Source: a virus. From it: a stretch of 64,000 bases of DNA. The translations under genes were made by a program, and so were the position numbers. The stretch spans positions 1 through 64,000 of IMG/VR virus record IMGVR_UViG_3300042562_001235. One strand, given 5' to 3'. Position 1 is the first letter of the stretch, and each line of letters begins with the position of its first letter. Below the pieces are notes generated by a model. The model made no database searches and was not told the DNA's origin. It saw only the letters and a program-made list of their open reading frames with translations. Below are positions 47,477 to 56,906 of this stretch, in pieces.

Positions 47477-47909
47477 AATTTAATATGGTAATTGAGTTGA
47501 TTTTATCACCTTGTTGAATTGAATCGACAATTTCTAACCCTTCAGTTACTCGTCCAAAACAAGTATGGTTACCATCTAAATGTTGAGTACCTTGTCTACT
47601 ATGACAAATGAAGAATTGTGAACCACCTGTATTTCTTCCGGCATGTGCCATAGATAATACTCCTCTATCGTGGAATTGGTTTGATGAAGTAACCTCACAA
47701 GGGATGTTATATCCCGGACCACCACTACCGGTTCCGTTTGGGCATCCTCCTTGGATTACAAAATTAGGGATAACTCTATGGAAATTTAATCCATCATAGA
47801 ATTTTTTTTCAATAAGGTCTTTAAAGTTTTTTACGGTAATTGGAGTCTCATTATCGTATAGTTCGGCAATCATGTCGCCTTTGTCTGTAGAAAATTTTAC
47901 TTTAGTCAT
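47475..47909 (-). CDS. cyclophilin-type peptidyl-prolyl cis-trans isomerase
   Basis: FHRVIPNFVIQGGCPNGTGSGGPGY ... GVLSMAHAG ... GSQFFICH matches PpiA/PpiB signatures. Confidence 0.85.
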   Translation of the reverse strand: MTKVKFSTDKGDMIAELYDNETPITVKNFKDLIEKKFYDGLNFHRVIPNFVIQGGCPNGTGSGGPGYNIPCEVTSSNQFHDRGVLSMAHAGRNTGGSQFFICHSRQGTQHLDGNHTCFGRVTEGLEIVDSIQQGDKINSITILN

Positions 47910-47955
47910 ATGTTATTTTTTTGGAAAATATATGAAAAGTATTGTATATTGTCAA

Positions 47956-48222
47956 TTAATAATCAATGTCCGTGTTCTCCATCATTATAACTTCAACATC
48001 TAATCCAATATAATTTTTTATTTTATCACGAATCAATAATTGATATTTTGTTTTTGATTTACTCATTAGATAATTTTTTAATGGAATTAAAACATATATG
48101 GAACCAGTCGATGAAAATATAACTTCAACTTTTATCGCCAATGGGACTTTAATATCTTCAACTATTTCTTTAATTGTGGATATTATTCTTTCTTTTTGTT
48201 TTTCACTGATAATGACATCCAT
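47956..48222 (-). CDS. hypothetical protein
   Basis: 88-aa ORF. Confidence 0.4.
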   Translation of the reverse strand: MDVIISEKQKERIISTIKEIVEDIKVPLAIKVEVIFSSTGSIYVLIPLKNYLMSKSKTKYQLLIRDKIKNYIGLDVEVIMMENTDIDY

Positions 48223-48223
48223 A

Positions 48224-49255
48224 CTATTCAGGATTTAACGAATATAATCTAATGAAATTTCTTCTTAATTTTTCACCCATCTTATTTATTGTTGGTTGGA
48301 AATATTTCATTAAATCCAAGATATTTTTGGTGTTCATTATTTTTTTATTCAAGGGATTGTTGTAACCCGTCTTTTTACTAAATTCATAGTAAGCAATAAA
48401 ATACGTGTGAAGAGTTTCTAAAAGGGTGTTTTGTTCTTCTTGAGGTAAATCCTCAATAAGTTCTAAGATGTATTCATAATAATCGTTAGCATCAAAGTTA
48501 ATCATCCCTTGGCAATATTGCCAATATTTTGTAGTTTTGAATTGTTCAAACGGCATTCTTAATCTTTTACTATAAGCTTCTTGAGACATCGCTCTTACTT
48601 CGTAAGGTTCAGACATATATAATAAAGATAAAAATTGTTTCCACACAGAAAGAACTTCTTTATTTATTCCAGTATCAATCATCTCAAAAGGTTTTTTCAT
48701 AAATGATAATGTAGTATCTAACCCTTTTTCACCTTTTAAAGCTCTGTTGTAATACTCATACATATGATTAAATTCATGTAATACCGCATCCCTAAAATCA
48801 TACAACATCTCGTCAATATCTTCAAAATCTTTATTGATTATAAATTGAAACTCAAAACCTGCAACCAATGACATATGAATCTCATCCGAAAAACTTTTTG
48901 GTAAATATTTGCTAGGTTCTTTTATATAAGAACCATTATCAATCATATCAGCATAAGCTAAAACTTGGAATCCTTCAGGTATTGGATTCTCATCCAATCT
49001 TTCAAAAGAAAATTTAATTATAATCTCTTCAATGGGTAGTTCAATAAAATCTTCCAAATTAGATTTATAAATTGGGAAAATGTCTTTTAGAGATATTTTA
49101 AGTGTTTCCTCTATTTTTTTATCTGAATTAAATAAACTTTTAACTTTTCCACTAACAAAGTCGTAAATTAGATTTGTAAATGGGATAGACGCACGGGAAA
49201 CCCCTAAGTCTTCGTTTAGTAATTTGTATTGTGATTCTGTAATGATATATTTCAT
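48224..49255 (-). CDS. TES-leader family protein (MKYIITESQYKLLNEDLGVS); body contains HEFNH
   Basis: Conserved N-terminal peptide; TATTTATAAAATATG at the start. Confidence 0.55.
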   Translation of the reverse strand: MKYIITESQYKLLNEDLGVSRASIPFTNLIYDFVSGKVKSLFNSDKKIEETLKISLKDIFPIYKSNLEDFIELPIEEIIIKFSFERLDENPIPEGFQVLAYADMIDNGSYIKEPSKYLPKSFSDEIHMSLVAGFEFQFIINKDFEDIDEMLYDFRDAVLHEFNHMYEYYNRALKGEKGLDTTLSFMKKPFEMIDTGINKEVLSVWKQFLSLLYMSEPYEVRAMSQEAYSKRLRMPFEQFKTTKYWQYCQGMINFDANDYYEYILELIEDLPQEEQNTLLETLHTYFIAYYEFSKKTGYNNPLNKKIMNTKNILDLMKYFQPTINKMGEKLRRNFIRLYSLNPE

Positions 49256-49325
49256 ATTTTATAAATACCTAAATAACCATATTTGACTTATTAATCATTA
49301 TTTAATATTATTCTAAAAAAAAACT

Positions 49326-49535
49326 ATGATATACTTAAATGTAATTTTAACCGTCCTTTGTCTTATTTTAATTTCTTTTCTTATATTAGCCATTTATTTA
49401 GTGAAGGAGTATAAAAATAAATTTAAACAATTCCCATCTCAAATGAATCCAACTTGGGGTAATATTCCAAACTCTCCTGAAGATTTAAATGAAATGACCA
49501 CTAAATTAATGAAAGAATTATTTAAAGGTAAATAA
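49326..49535 (+). CDS. small membrane protein
   Basis: 69 aa with an N-terminal TM. Confidence 0.35.
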   Translation: MIYLNVILTVLCLILISFLILAIYLVKEYKNKFKQFPSQMNPTWGNIPNSPEDLNEMTTKLMKELFKGK

Positions 49536-49539
49536 CATT

Positions 49540-49989
49540 ATGAGAAACATAAATAATCACTTATCGGAGGCCATAACGGATATTGAAACAACTAAAGGGG
49601 CAACTAAAGAATTATTTCTATTAAGAGGATTACCGGGAAGTGGTAAGTCAACATTGGCAAAATCAATAAGTGGTATTCATTTTGAAGCGGATATGTATTT
49701 TATGAAAGATGATAAATATCAATTTGATATTACTAGATTAAAAGACGCGCATCAATGGTGTCAAGAAGGTGTTGAAAAAGGTATGACAGTTTTAAATCAG
49801 TCGCGTATTGTAGTGTCAAACACATTTACACAGGAGTGGGAAATTAAACCATATTTTGACTTAGCTGAAAAACACGGATATAGAGTTTATTCTTTAATCG
49901 TTGAAAACAGACACGATGGTGTTAATGAACATGGGGTTCCGGAAGATAAATTGAAAATAATGAAAAATCGTTTTGAGGTAAAACTTTAA
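49540..49989 (+). CDS. P-loop kinase (AAA_33 / polynucleotide-kinase kinase-domain-like)
   Basis: Walker A LLRGLPGSGKSTLAKS. At 149 aa its size and layout are comparable to the T4 Pnk kinase domain. Confidence 0.5.
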   Translation: MRNINNHLSEAITDIETTKGATKELFLLRGLPGSGKSTLAKSISGIHFEADMYFMKDDKYQFDITRLKDAHQWCQEGVEKGMTVLNQSRIVVSNTFTQEWEIKPYFDLAEKHGYRVYSLIVENRHDGVNEHGVPEDKLKIMKNRFEVKL

Positions 49990-49993
49990 TTCA

Positions 49994-50311
49994 TTACATT
50001 ATTGCAATCCCTACTTGAGAACTGAATCCAAAATACGGAAGATATTGTTCTAAGTCTTTTTCAATATCTTTCTTTTTTAGAACATCTTTCCATTTTATCA
50101 TAACATTAGAATCAAATGGATGTCCAACTTTAATATAAATGTAAAATCTTGCTCCCGGAAATAAAGTATCTCCAGCTCCGGTAATTGTTTGAATATCATC
50201 TAATTTAAACCAAATATCATCAGAATATCTATGAGCAATTTCAAGACCTTTTTCAGATTTTAAAAATTTCTCAAACATTTTGAGTGACTGATTTACTTCT
50301 TCTCTTGTCAT
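49994..50311 (-). CDS. hypothetical protein
   Basis: 105 aa; TATTTATAACATATG at the start. Confidence 0.45.
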   Translation of the reverse strand: MTREEVNQSLKMFEKFLKSEKGLEIAHRYSDDIWFKLDDIQTITGAGDTLFPGARFYIYIKVGHPFDSNVMIKWKDVLKKKDIEKDLEQYLPYFGFSSQVGIAIM

Positions 50312-50333
50312 ATGTTATAAATACGATGATAAA

Positions 50334-50370
50334 TAAAAAACCCACCTATTGGTGGGTTCTATTATTTTTT
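50334..50370. terminator. bidirectional terminator (CCCACCTATTGGTGGG)
   Basis: A8 before the hairpin, T-rich after. Confidence 0.65.
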
Positions 50371-50572
50371 TGGATAATACTTTTTACCTTCAAAAAAGAT
50401 AAATTTTGTACCAACGGTGTTTATCAAAGATTTGGAAACTTCCCAAGTTTCTTCGAGACCTTCAAAAGGTTTTAAGATAATTTCATTTTCTTCTACTTGG
50501 ATTGTTCCTACTGTATCACTCATATTTAATTATAATCTTTTTATGAAAATAAGAAATAATGAATTGAGCATT

Positions 50573-50950
50573 TTATATTTTATCAAATGTCAATTCAATG
50601 TCACCACCTTGCTCAAACTCATTCCAAGATAAAAGGGTTTCTCCACCATTAGAATTTTGGGTCCAACTTTTTCCATTTGCAACTGCCGTCATAGAAATTG
50701 TTTGGTCATCACTTGCCATCCATCCTCTATCAACATAAACACCTGCCTCAGGTCCGAAACTAACCCCACCTTGCATATACCATTGATTTGGTACTTTCCA
50801 AAATCTAATTGATGTTGAATTGTTTGGTTCAGTTGTATTCCAACTAAATTCACCTCCATTAGGTTGTATCACCTCTTGCGGTGAATAATTATTTACCGTA
50901 GTTATTGTATAATCGGTATTATTCTTAATTGTTACATTTACGTTCCACAT
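50573..50950 (-). CDS. hypothetical protein
   Basis: Trimmed to MWNVNV to remove the overlap with the upstream ORF. Confidence 0.45.
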   Translation of the reverse strand: MWNVNVTIKNNTDYTITTVNNYSPQEVIQPNGGEFSWNTTEPNNSTSIRFWKVPNQWYMQGGVSFGPEAGVYVDRGWMASDDQTISMTAVANGKSWTQNSNGGETLLSWNEFEQGGDIELTFDKI

Positions 50951-50951
50951 A

Positions 50952-51140
50952 TTAATCGCATTTACAAATGCCGTCTCCACCCTTTTTGGGATTACAAACG
51001 CATTCTTTTTTTTCTTTTTGAGGTCCGGTTAAAAGAGTATATCCCTTAAACGTTTCCATTATTGCTTTTATTTCTTCAACATTACCACCTTCACTAAAAA
51101 TGGTTATTGTTTTGTCTTGACTGTTGATTGTATATTCCAT
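50952..51140 (-). CDS. small Cys-rich protein
   Basis: C-terminus ECVCNPKKGGDGICKCD. Confidence 0.4.
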   Translation of the reverse strand: MEYTINSQDKTITIFSEGGNVEEIKAIMETFKGYTLLTGPQKEKKECVCNPKKGGDGICKCD

Positions 51141-51141
51141 G

Positions 51142-51999
51142 TTAATTACCTACTCTTAATATGTCCGTATTATAACCTAAACCACTCATTAATTCATTAA
51201 CATCTTTAGTAAAATCACTTGAGTTTCTCCATGCATTACTTTTATAAGTTAATGTGATATACCCCCCAACACTATTATGAGATGGTCCAAATTTCACTGA
51301 ATGTAATATATGAGAATTAGGTAGGGCTCTAATTTTCTTTTTTATTTCTTTATTTAATGTTTTTGTAATCCACTCATCAATACCTTCATATACAAATGAA
51401 CCACTTATATTTAAATCTAATTTTCCATGTGTGGGACTACCAAGTTCAACTCCAATAAAATTAGTTAAGGTTTCGGCAAATTCTGCAGATAAAGCGGTTG
51501 CATTATATTTTTCATCTGACTTATCATGAATTGCTTTATCCCAATCGACAATAAAACGACCATACACTGAATAAGGAGATTTTTCGGTTAACTCTAAAGT
51601 TATCCATTCAGGTAAGTTTAACCTATCGGTAAAAAAGGTAATTGCCTTTTTAAACTTATCAGTAAAAAGACCTTCTTTTTTAAGGTTCGGCATTTTGTGA
51701 ACACCTTTTATTGCCAACTCTTTTCCAACATTAGCCATGTTACGATAAGAGCCATAATAACGGGAATTATTTTCAATACCATAATCTTCAATAAATTCAT
51801 TAATATGATTTTTAATCAATAATGAAAGAGGGTATTGTCCTACTTCATCACCGTGTGTTTTCTTAACCCATGGTCTAAAGTAATTAAGGAAAACCTCAAT
51901 AAAGTCTTCATCCTCATATTCACTTGGATTAAAATTTTCCAAAACTGTTTTCACAATTCTCTCAAGGTCAGATTCGGTAAGTGTGTGTATTCTTTTCAT
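51142..51999 (-). CDS. TES-leader family protein (MKRIHTLTESDLERIVKTVLENF)
   Basis: Conserved N-terminal peptide. Confidence 0.55.
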   Translation of the reverse strand: MKRIHTLTESDLERIVKTVLENFNPSEYEDEDFIEVFLNYFRPWVKKTHGDEVGQYPLSLLIKNHINEFIEDYGIENNSRYYGSYRNMANVGKELAIKGVHKMPNLKKEGLFTDKFKKAITFFTDRLNLPEWITLELTEKSPYSVYGRFIVDWDKAIHDKSDEKYNATALSAEFAETLTNFIGVELGSPTHGKLDLNISGSFVYEGIDEWITKTLNKEIKKKIRALPNSHILHSVKFGPSHNSVGGYITLTYKSNAWRNSSDFTKDVNELMSGLGYNTDILRVGN

Positions 52000-52044
52000 T
52001 ACCTATAAATAGATTTATAATTAAAAAACCCTTATAGTTAAGAA

Positions 52045-52230
52045 TTATTTTTTGGTTTGGTTAAATCTTGGTTTTTCTGATTTCTTTTCTTTTGGTAATT
52101 CTATTTCACAACAAGGATTACTATTCCCCGCGAATGAATTAATTTCTCTAAGTAGTGAATCACTTAGAATACTACCATACAAATTATTGTAATATGACAC
52201 TAAATCACCAAATACATATTCATTTTCCAT
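52045..52230 (-). CDS. hypothetical protein
   Basis: 61-aa ORF. Confidence 0.3.
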   Translation of the reverse strand: MENEYVFGDLVSYYNNLYGSILSDSLLREINSFAGNSNPCCEIELPKEKKSEKPRFNQTKK

Positions 52231-52248
52231 ATTTATTTTTTTTTTAAT

Positions 52249-52542
52249 TTACCAATAAACCGGTGAAATCGGTTCTTTGTGATTTTCACTCATTTCTATA
52301 ATCATGTATCCACCATCACTTTCCGTGTAAGTTTGGTGCTCCCACTCTATTCCACAAAATTTTGATAGGCTAACTAATTCGGGGAATAATCCACTACCAT
52401 ATCTAATCTTTAATTTCCAAACATAATTGTAATATTCATAATGATGGTGAGGTCGGGTACACTCTAAAGATAAATTTGTAAAACGTTTATATGATGGTAA
52501 TACACATTTTAGGATATACTCAAATTGTTCCCACTTGTTCAT
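52249..52542 (-). CDS. hypothetical protein
   Basis: 97-aa ORF. Confidence 0.45.
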   Translation of the reverse strand: MNKWEQFEYILKCVLPSYKRFTNLSLECTRPHHHYEYYNYVWKLKIRYGSGLFPELVSLSKFCGIEWEHQTYTESDGGYMIIEMSENHKEPISPVYW

Positions 52543-52544
52543 CT

Positions 52545-52988
52545 CTAAATGTTATCAATTAAAACAAATCCAACAAGACCTTCAATGTATTTTATAACTT
52601 CATCTTCTGAACAAGAAATAAGGGGTTTAAATTCAATTCTATTTTCATCTTCACTCGCGAATGGAATGAATTGTAAATCATCTAACACCTTTCTACAATT
52701 GATTTCAACTCGGTCTTTCTCCATGGTCGGGTCCAAGATGACATCAATTCCATTTGACAATTTTTTTCTAAAATCATCGTATAGGTCAGGGTGTAATAAT
52801 ATCTCAAGTTCCGGATGCATCATTATTGTATCGGCACCTCCTCGTTTTGATGATTGGTGTATCTTATTCGATACTACCATTATTTTGTTGATAAGAGTTT
52901 TATTCCACTCTCGTTGGGCGTGAGGTGTCGGTTCTTCAACTCCCATCCATCCACGTAAATCCCATTCTTCAATATGTGAATTTTCCAT
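52545..52988 (-). CDS. hypothetical protein
   Basis: 147-aa ORF. Confidence 0.5.
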   Translation of the reverse strand: MENSHIEEWDLRGWMGVEEPTPHAQREWNKTLINKIMVVSNKIHQSSKRGGADTIMMHPELEILLHPDLYDDFRKKLSNGIDVILDPTMEKDRVEINCRKVLDDLQFIPFASEDENRIEFKPLISCSEDEVIKYIEGLVGFVLIDNI

Positions 52989-53027
52989 AAATTATCTTTT
53001 GGGTAAAGATATGAAATATTTTTTAAA

Positions 53028-53058
53028 TAAAAAACCCTTCGAGGTGAAGGGTTGTGTA
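53028..53058 (-). terminator. rho-independent terminator (CCCTTCGAGGTGAAGGG)
   Basis: Hairpin preceded by A7 on the + strand. Confidence 0.6.
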
Positions 53059-53060
53059 TT

Positions 53061-53432
53061 TTAACGTTTTGTCGGAATTCTTCGAATTGAAACTGGGACA
53101 TCGAACATATTGACAATCTCGTCCCAAGTATCATCAACCAATCCATCATATTCATCTCTATTAAGAGGTCTTTCAGTATTAACCCAAATTGTGATGGCAT
53201 ATTCATCTCTATCAGTTAACCTATAAACCTTTGCGTCATGTATTAATTCATTTTGTGGTGTTAAAACATTATCCAAATATTTTTGAATTAATTTTAATTT
53301 TCTTTCTTCGGGAGAATATTTGGATTCGGTTTCAATAATATTTGATGTTTTGTTAATCTTATGATGTAACTCCCAATCAATAATTGATTCCTGTAATACT
53401 TTCTTTATGACTTTTTTTAGTTCCATATACAA
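53061..53432 (-). CDS. hypothetical protein
   Basis: 123 aa; GTATTTATTGTATATG at the start. Confidence 0.45.
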   Translation of the reverse strand: MYMELKKVIKKVLQESIIDWELHHKINKTSNIIETESKYSPEERKLKLIQKYLDNVLTPQNELIHDAKVYRLTDRDEYAITIWVNTERPLNRDEYDGLVDDTWDEIVNMFDVPVSIRRIPTKR

Positions 53433-53438
53433 TAAATA

Positions 53439-53723
53439 CTACTCGACGTGCTTTACATCATATTTGTTATTCATCTTGAACCATTTCGATATTAAATTGA
53501 AATAATTATTCTTAATGAATTTTGGACCATATTTTTTACCCAATTCTAATTTAACCCTATCTGATGTATAAATGGTTTCGGTTTTGATGTCAAACAAGAA
53601 ATGTTCGTTAGTCCAAGTTTGTTCGGCTTTATCATATGTCATATAAGGATAACCATATTCATCCTCAATCATTTTTACAATCTGTTTTTCAATCTGTGTC
53701 ATTCCAAAATAATAAGAAAACAA
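53439..53723 (-). CDS. hypothetical protein
   Basis: 94-aa ORF. Confidence 0.45.
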   Translation of the reverse strand: MFSYYFGMTQIEKQIVKMIEDEYGYPYMTYDKAEQTWTNEHFLFDIKTETIYTSDRVKLELGKKYGPKFIKNNYFNLISKWFKMNNKYDVKHVE

Positions 53724-53926
53724 AATGGAATAAAAAACCCCGCCAATTGACGAGGTCGATATTTTAAAGTTCTTTTTTCAAACGACTAAGAATTTCGTTA
53801 TTCTTATCCATTCGTTTTAAATCTTTTAGAGTGTTTGCTCTGTTCTTTTTTGGTTTCCCGGGTTTCTTCGATTTTGACATGTTAAGTATTTCACAATAAA
53901 TACTCACTATTAAATAATTAATTTTA

Positions 53927-54184
53927 TTAGTTTGGCTCGTAAAAAAAAGTTTGTTCTACCATACCCCTGTTATCCAAAATGTATTTTGATAAGTCTTTTA
54001 CCCTATTTTTGATTTCATTACTCTCAAAATCATTCTTAGGTAAATTATCGTACTTTAACCCAATTCCAACCCGATAAAGAATAACATAACCCATATCTGT
54101 TGTTGAAATATGAATATCTTTAATTTCAGGATATTCATCTTTCAACATTGATAGTAAAAATTTCTTTAACGAGGTCTCAATCAT
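53927..54184 (-). CDS. hypothetical protein
   Basis: 85-aa ORF. Confidence 0.4.
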   Translation of the reverse strand: MIETSLKKFLLSMLKDEYPEIKDIHISTTDMGYVILYRVGIGLKYDNLPKNDFESNEIKNRVKDLSKYILDNRGMVEQTFFYEPN

Positions 54185-54192
54185 AATAATTT

Positions 54193-54489
54193 TTAATTGT
54201 AGAATCCTTCTTCAACCGGAGAACCATTAAATATGTGCCAAACAGCACTATATTCAGTTTTAATTGGGTCTATGTAATGGTAGTAACCATTTCCAACCTC
54301 AACAGTTAATTCAGAGTCTGAGTACACCACTTGACTTGTTTGTAAACATGGGTAACAATTCCCTACAATTTGATTACAAGAATCACATAATCCTAAATCC
54401 TCAGCATAAATTGTGAAAGTTGGTTCTAATGTTGCAAATGCATCTTCTTCAGTACTGGCAGATGAAACCACAAAACTTATTGTTGACAT
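54193..54489 (-). CDS. hypothetical Cys-containing protein
   Basis: 98-aa ORF. Confidence 0.4.
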   Translation of the reverse strand: MSTISFVVSSASTEEDAFATLEPTFTIYAEDLGLCDSCNQIVGNCYPCLQTSQVVYSDSELTVEVGNGYYHYIDPIKTEYSAVWHIFNGSPVEEGFYN

Positions 54490-54762
54490 AATATTATATT
54501 TTAATAATAAATATCAAACATAAATCATTTCTTATTCTAAAATTTTCTTCCCTAAAATAAGTGGAGATGCGGTCTCGTGCTTTGCAACCGTGAAATGAGA
54601 GTCGTATTCTTTAATAATCATCGTAGAATCCGTTTTAAATGTTTGACTGTATTTTGATAATACATACTCTCTAACTTTGTTCTGAATTTCTTGTGTCATT
54701 TTATTTTTCTTTTAGGTTATAAATTATTCCACAAAGATATAAAAAGTTTTTGAATAAAAAAA

Positions 54763-55065
54763 TTAAGATTGGGTAAATTTTACATCAACACCATATTTCC
54801 ATTCAAACCATTCAGATATAAATTTATATGCCTCTTCATCGTTAGGGAAAAATAAATCCGAGAATCCACGACCGAATGAACTATTAACATATAGTCTTCC
54901 ATCGGTATGGTCGTACTCCATCATAACCTCATCTTCAATATCATCTACTTCACCAGGATGATAGATAATAATAAACTCTTCGAAGTCAGATTCGGACCCA
55001 ACTCTATTTTCAATATATTCTTTTCTTAGGTCGTTTAACTTACTTTCTTTTATTATGTATTTCAT
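54763..55065 (-). CDS. TES-leader family protein (MKYIIKESKLNDLRKEYIEN)
   Basis: Conserved N-terminal peptide; GTATTTATTAAATATG at the start. Confidence 0.5.
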   Translation of the reverse strand: MKYIIKESKLNDLRKEYIENRVGSESDFEEFIIIYHPGEVDDIEDEVMMEYDHTDGRLYVNSSFGRGFSDLFFPNDEEAYKFISEWFEWKYGVDVKFTQS

Positions 55066-55092
55066 ATTTAATAAATACCACGGGTATTTTAA

Positions 55093-56004
55093 TTATATTT
55101 GTGATTCGGCAACTACCACAACATTTGATAATTCCCAACCTGCATTACATAATTTGTCATTATAACAATCTCCGGTAAACCATGGACTATTATAAGGACC
55201 TTTAGGTGAGTACCCTTCCCAATATGATGGAGTTATCCACCATCCAACTGACATACTTGATTTTAATGAAGACATATTAATAGTAGTTCCATCGGCACCA
55301 CCATTATTTAACACATCGTATATTACAGTACTTTTCCCATTTTGAGAAACGGTGATTGTCATATTAGTATAATCGGAGTTAAAATCAATCTCCATATCAA
55401 ATGGAATAGTTACGTCAATAATATCAACTAAACTATGAGTTCCGTTAGATGAGTTATTAGATAAATTACTTTGAGTGTAACAATCATCATCCATTAATGC
55501 ATCAGTATATGAATATTCAAATCTTTGTTGATTGTTTAAATGAATCGTTTGTTGGAATATTCTATTTCCGTTGGTTTCTAAAAAGTCAATCTCATTACAA
55601 TACGGGGCACCATTATTACCAGCGTCACAATAGTTAGTTCCTTTAGGTTGAGTTGAACTATTCACCATGTAAAACGACGCGTTTAACCAATTGTTTTTTT
55701 GAATTTCAGTTGGTGCCATTCCTGATAGGTCAATTGTTGCGGTAATTCTGGAGATATTTTTAAACCCATGAGTTGAAACAACTCTACCGGCATTAAAGGT
55801 AACAGTTGAATTTTCAATTATTGGAGTTGCGTTACACCAATCACTGGTCCAATCTTCTTCAAATGTAACATTGTAAGTTGTTAATGATGATAATGACGAT
55901 TTTTTATTACAACCAAATAGTTTTTTAATTTGTTCGTAAATTTTAATAATTTTTTCCATTTTTTTTAGTTTATAATAAGTAGTTTCTTTAATAAAAAAAC
56001 CCAC
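55093..56004 (-). CDS. hypothetical Asn/Thr-rich protein
   Basis: 303-aa ORF immediately downstream of the aaRS-like gene. Confidence 0.5.
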   Translation of the reverse strand: MGFFIKETTYYKLKKMEKIIKIYEQIKKLFGCNKKSSLSSLTTYNVTFEEDWTSDWCNATPIIENSTVTFNAGRVVSTHGFKNISRITATIDLSGMAPTEIQKNNWLNASFYMVNSSTQPKGTNYCDAGNNGAPYCNEIDFLETNGNRIFQQTIHLNNQQRFEYSYTDALMDDDCYTQSNLSNNSSNGTHSLVDIIDVTIPFDMEIDFNSDYTNMTITVSQNGKSTVIYDVLNNGGADGTTINMSSLKSSMSVGWWITPSYWEGYSPKGPYNSPWFTGDCYNDKLCNAGWELSNVVVVAESQI

Positions 56005-56027
56005 CGATTAGGGTGGGTTTGTTTTTA
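55990..56027. terminator. bidirectional terminator (CCCACCGATTAGGGTGGG)
   Basis: Hairpin flanked by an A-run and a T-run. Confidence 0.65.
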
Positions 56028-56834
56028 TTTTAACATTTCGTAAGCTCTAGATAATCGTGTTAATCCAATTCCCGCACCAAATCTTGGGAAGAAATCATGA
56101 GATAAAAACTCTTCAAGTTCTTTTTCAACCCTTTCTTTACCAAATAGTTCAAACAACTTGGATGAATAACCTCCACCTTCAATGGTATAAAACATTTCTC
56201 TCATCTTTTCAACATCACAACTTCTCTCAGCAGAACCAATTGTTTCTTGCCCAAACATAATAACATCAACTTTATTAAAAATGTTATCTTCCCCGTGTTT
56301 CATATTCCAAAAGGGGTTAGTTCTTATTGGAAAATTTTGAAGTGATACAATAGGTCCTTTTTCTTTCCACATTCTTGATTCGTGTTCATCTTCCAATATT
56401 CTAACACCACCATATTCCTCACACACATCTTCATAATTAACCTCAATCGGTGTTTCAAATCCAAGATGTTCAAGTAAGTCTTGTTCTAATTTCAACATTG
56501 TGTTCATGTCTCCTTTAGATTCAAATTCAAACATTGGAAAAATCAATTCATGACGACCGGGAATAGGATTTTTCTCTTCTCTATATGAAGTTGAGATACA
56601 AAATACTCCGTCCCATTCAGGATTTTTTAATAATTCATACTCCAACCACATCTGTCCGGTTTGTGGTAATGGCCATATTTCACCACTATATTCGAATGTT
56701 TTTACCGAATGTGGATTTTCACATGCTGCCAAGATTGATAATCTACTTTGTGTAGGGACTTCCTTAAAGTTTCTCTCAAGGAAAAAACTTCTCATTTTTT
56801 GTACCAGTTCGTGGTAAGTTTCTGTGTTTCTCAT
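56025..56834 (-). CDS. class II aminoacyl-tRNA-synthetase-like catalytic core (AsnA/EpmA-like), no anticodon-binding domain
   Basis: Motif 2-like SYREEKNPIPGRHELIFPMFEFE (compare EpmA [20 protein letters not shown]). Motif 3-like GAGIGLTRLSRA (G.G.G..RL). Confidence 0.5.
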   Translation of the reverse strand: MRNTETYHELVQKMRSFFLERNFKEVPTQSRLSILAACENPHSVKTFEYSGEIWPLPQTGQMWLEYELLKNPEWDGVFCISTSYREEKNPIPGRHELIFPMFEFESKGDMNTMLKLEQDLLEHLGFETPIEVNYEDVCEEYGGVRILEDEHESRMWKEKGPIVSLQNFPIRTNPFWNMKHGEDNIFNKVDVIMFGQETIGSAERSCDVEKMREMFYTIEGGGYSSKLFELFGKERVEKELEEFLSHDFFPRFGAGIGLTRLSRAYEMLK

Positions 56835-56875
56835 TTTTTTGTTTTTAATTTATTTATTTATGTTCACATACGGGC

Positions 56876-56906
56876 AAAAAAAATCCCTTCAAATAATGAA
56901 GGGATT
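56876..56906 (-). terminator. rho-independent terminator (ATCCCTTCAAATAATGAAGGGAT)
   Basis: Hairpin preceded by A8 on the + strand. Confidence 0.55.

Noticed and set aside
26554-49255. HExxH motifs (HEIEH at 26554..27528, HESKH at 29888..30346, HEFNH at 48224..49255) as metalloproteases
   Set aside because: HExxH occurs frequently by chance. No third zinc ligand or Met-turn context could be identified by eye, so these are kept as hypothetical proteins with a note only.
50952-51010. A8 tract (GAAAAAAAAGAATGC in sense) inside the Cys-rich small gene as a programmed slippage site
   Set aside because: The reading frame is intact across it, and the apparent overlap with the downstream ORF disappears when that ORF is started at its internal ATG.
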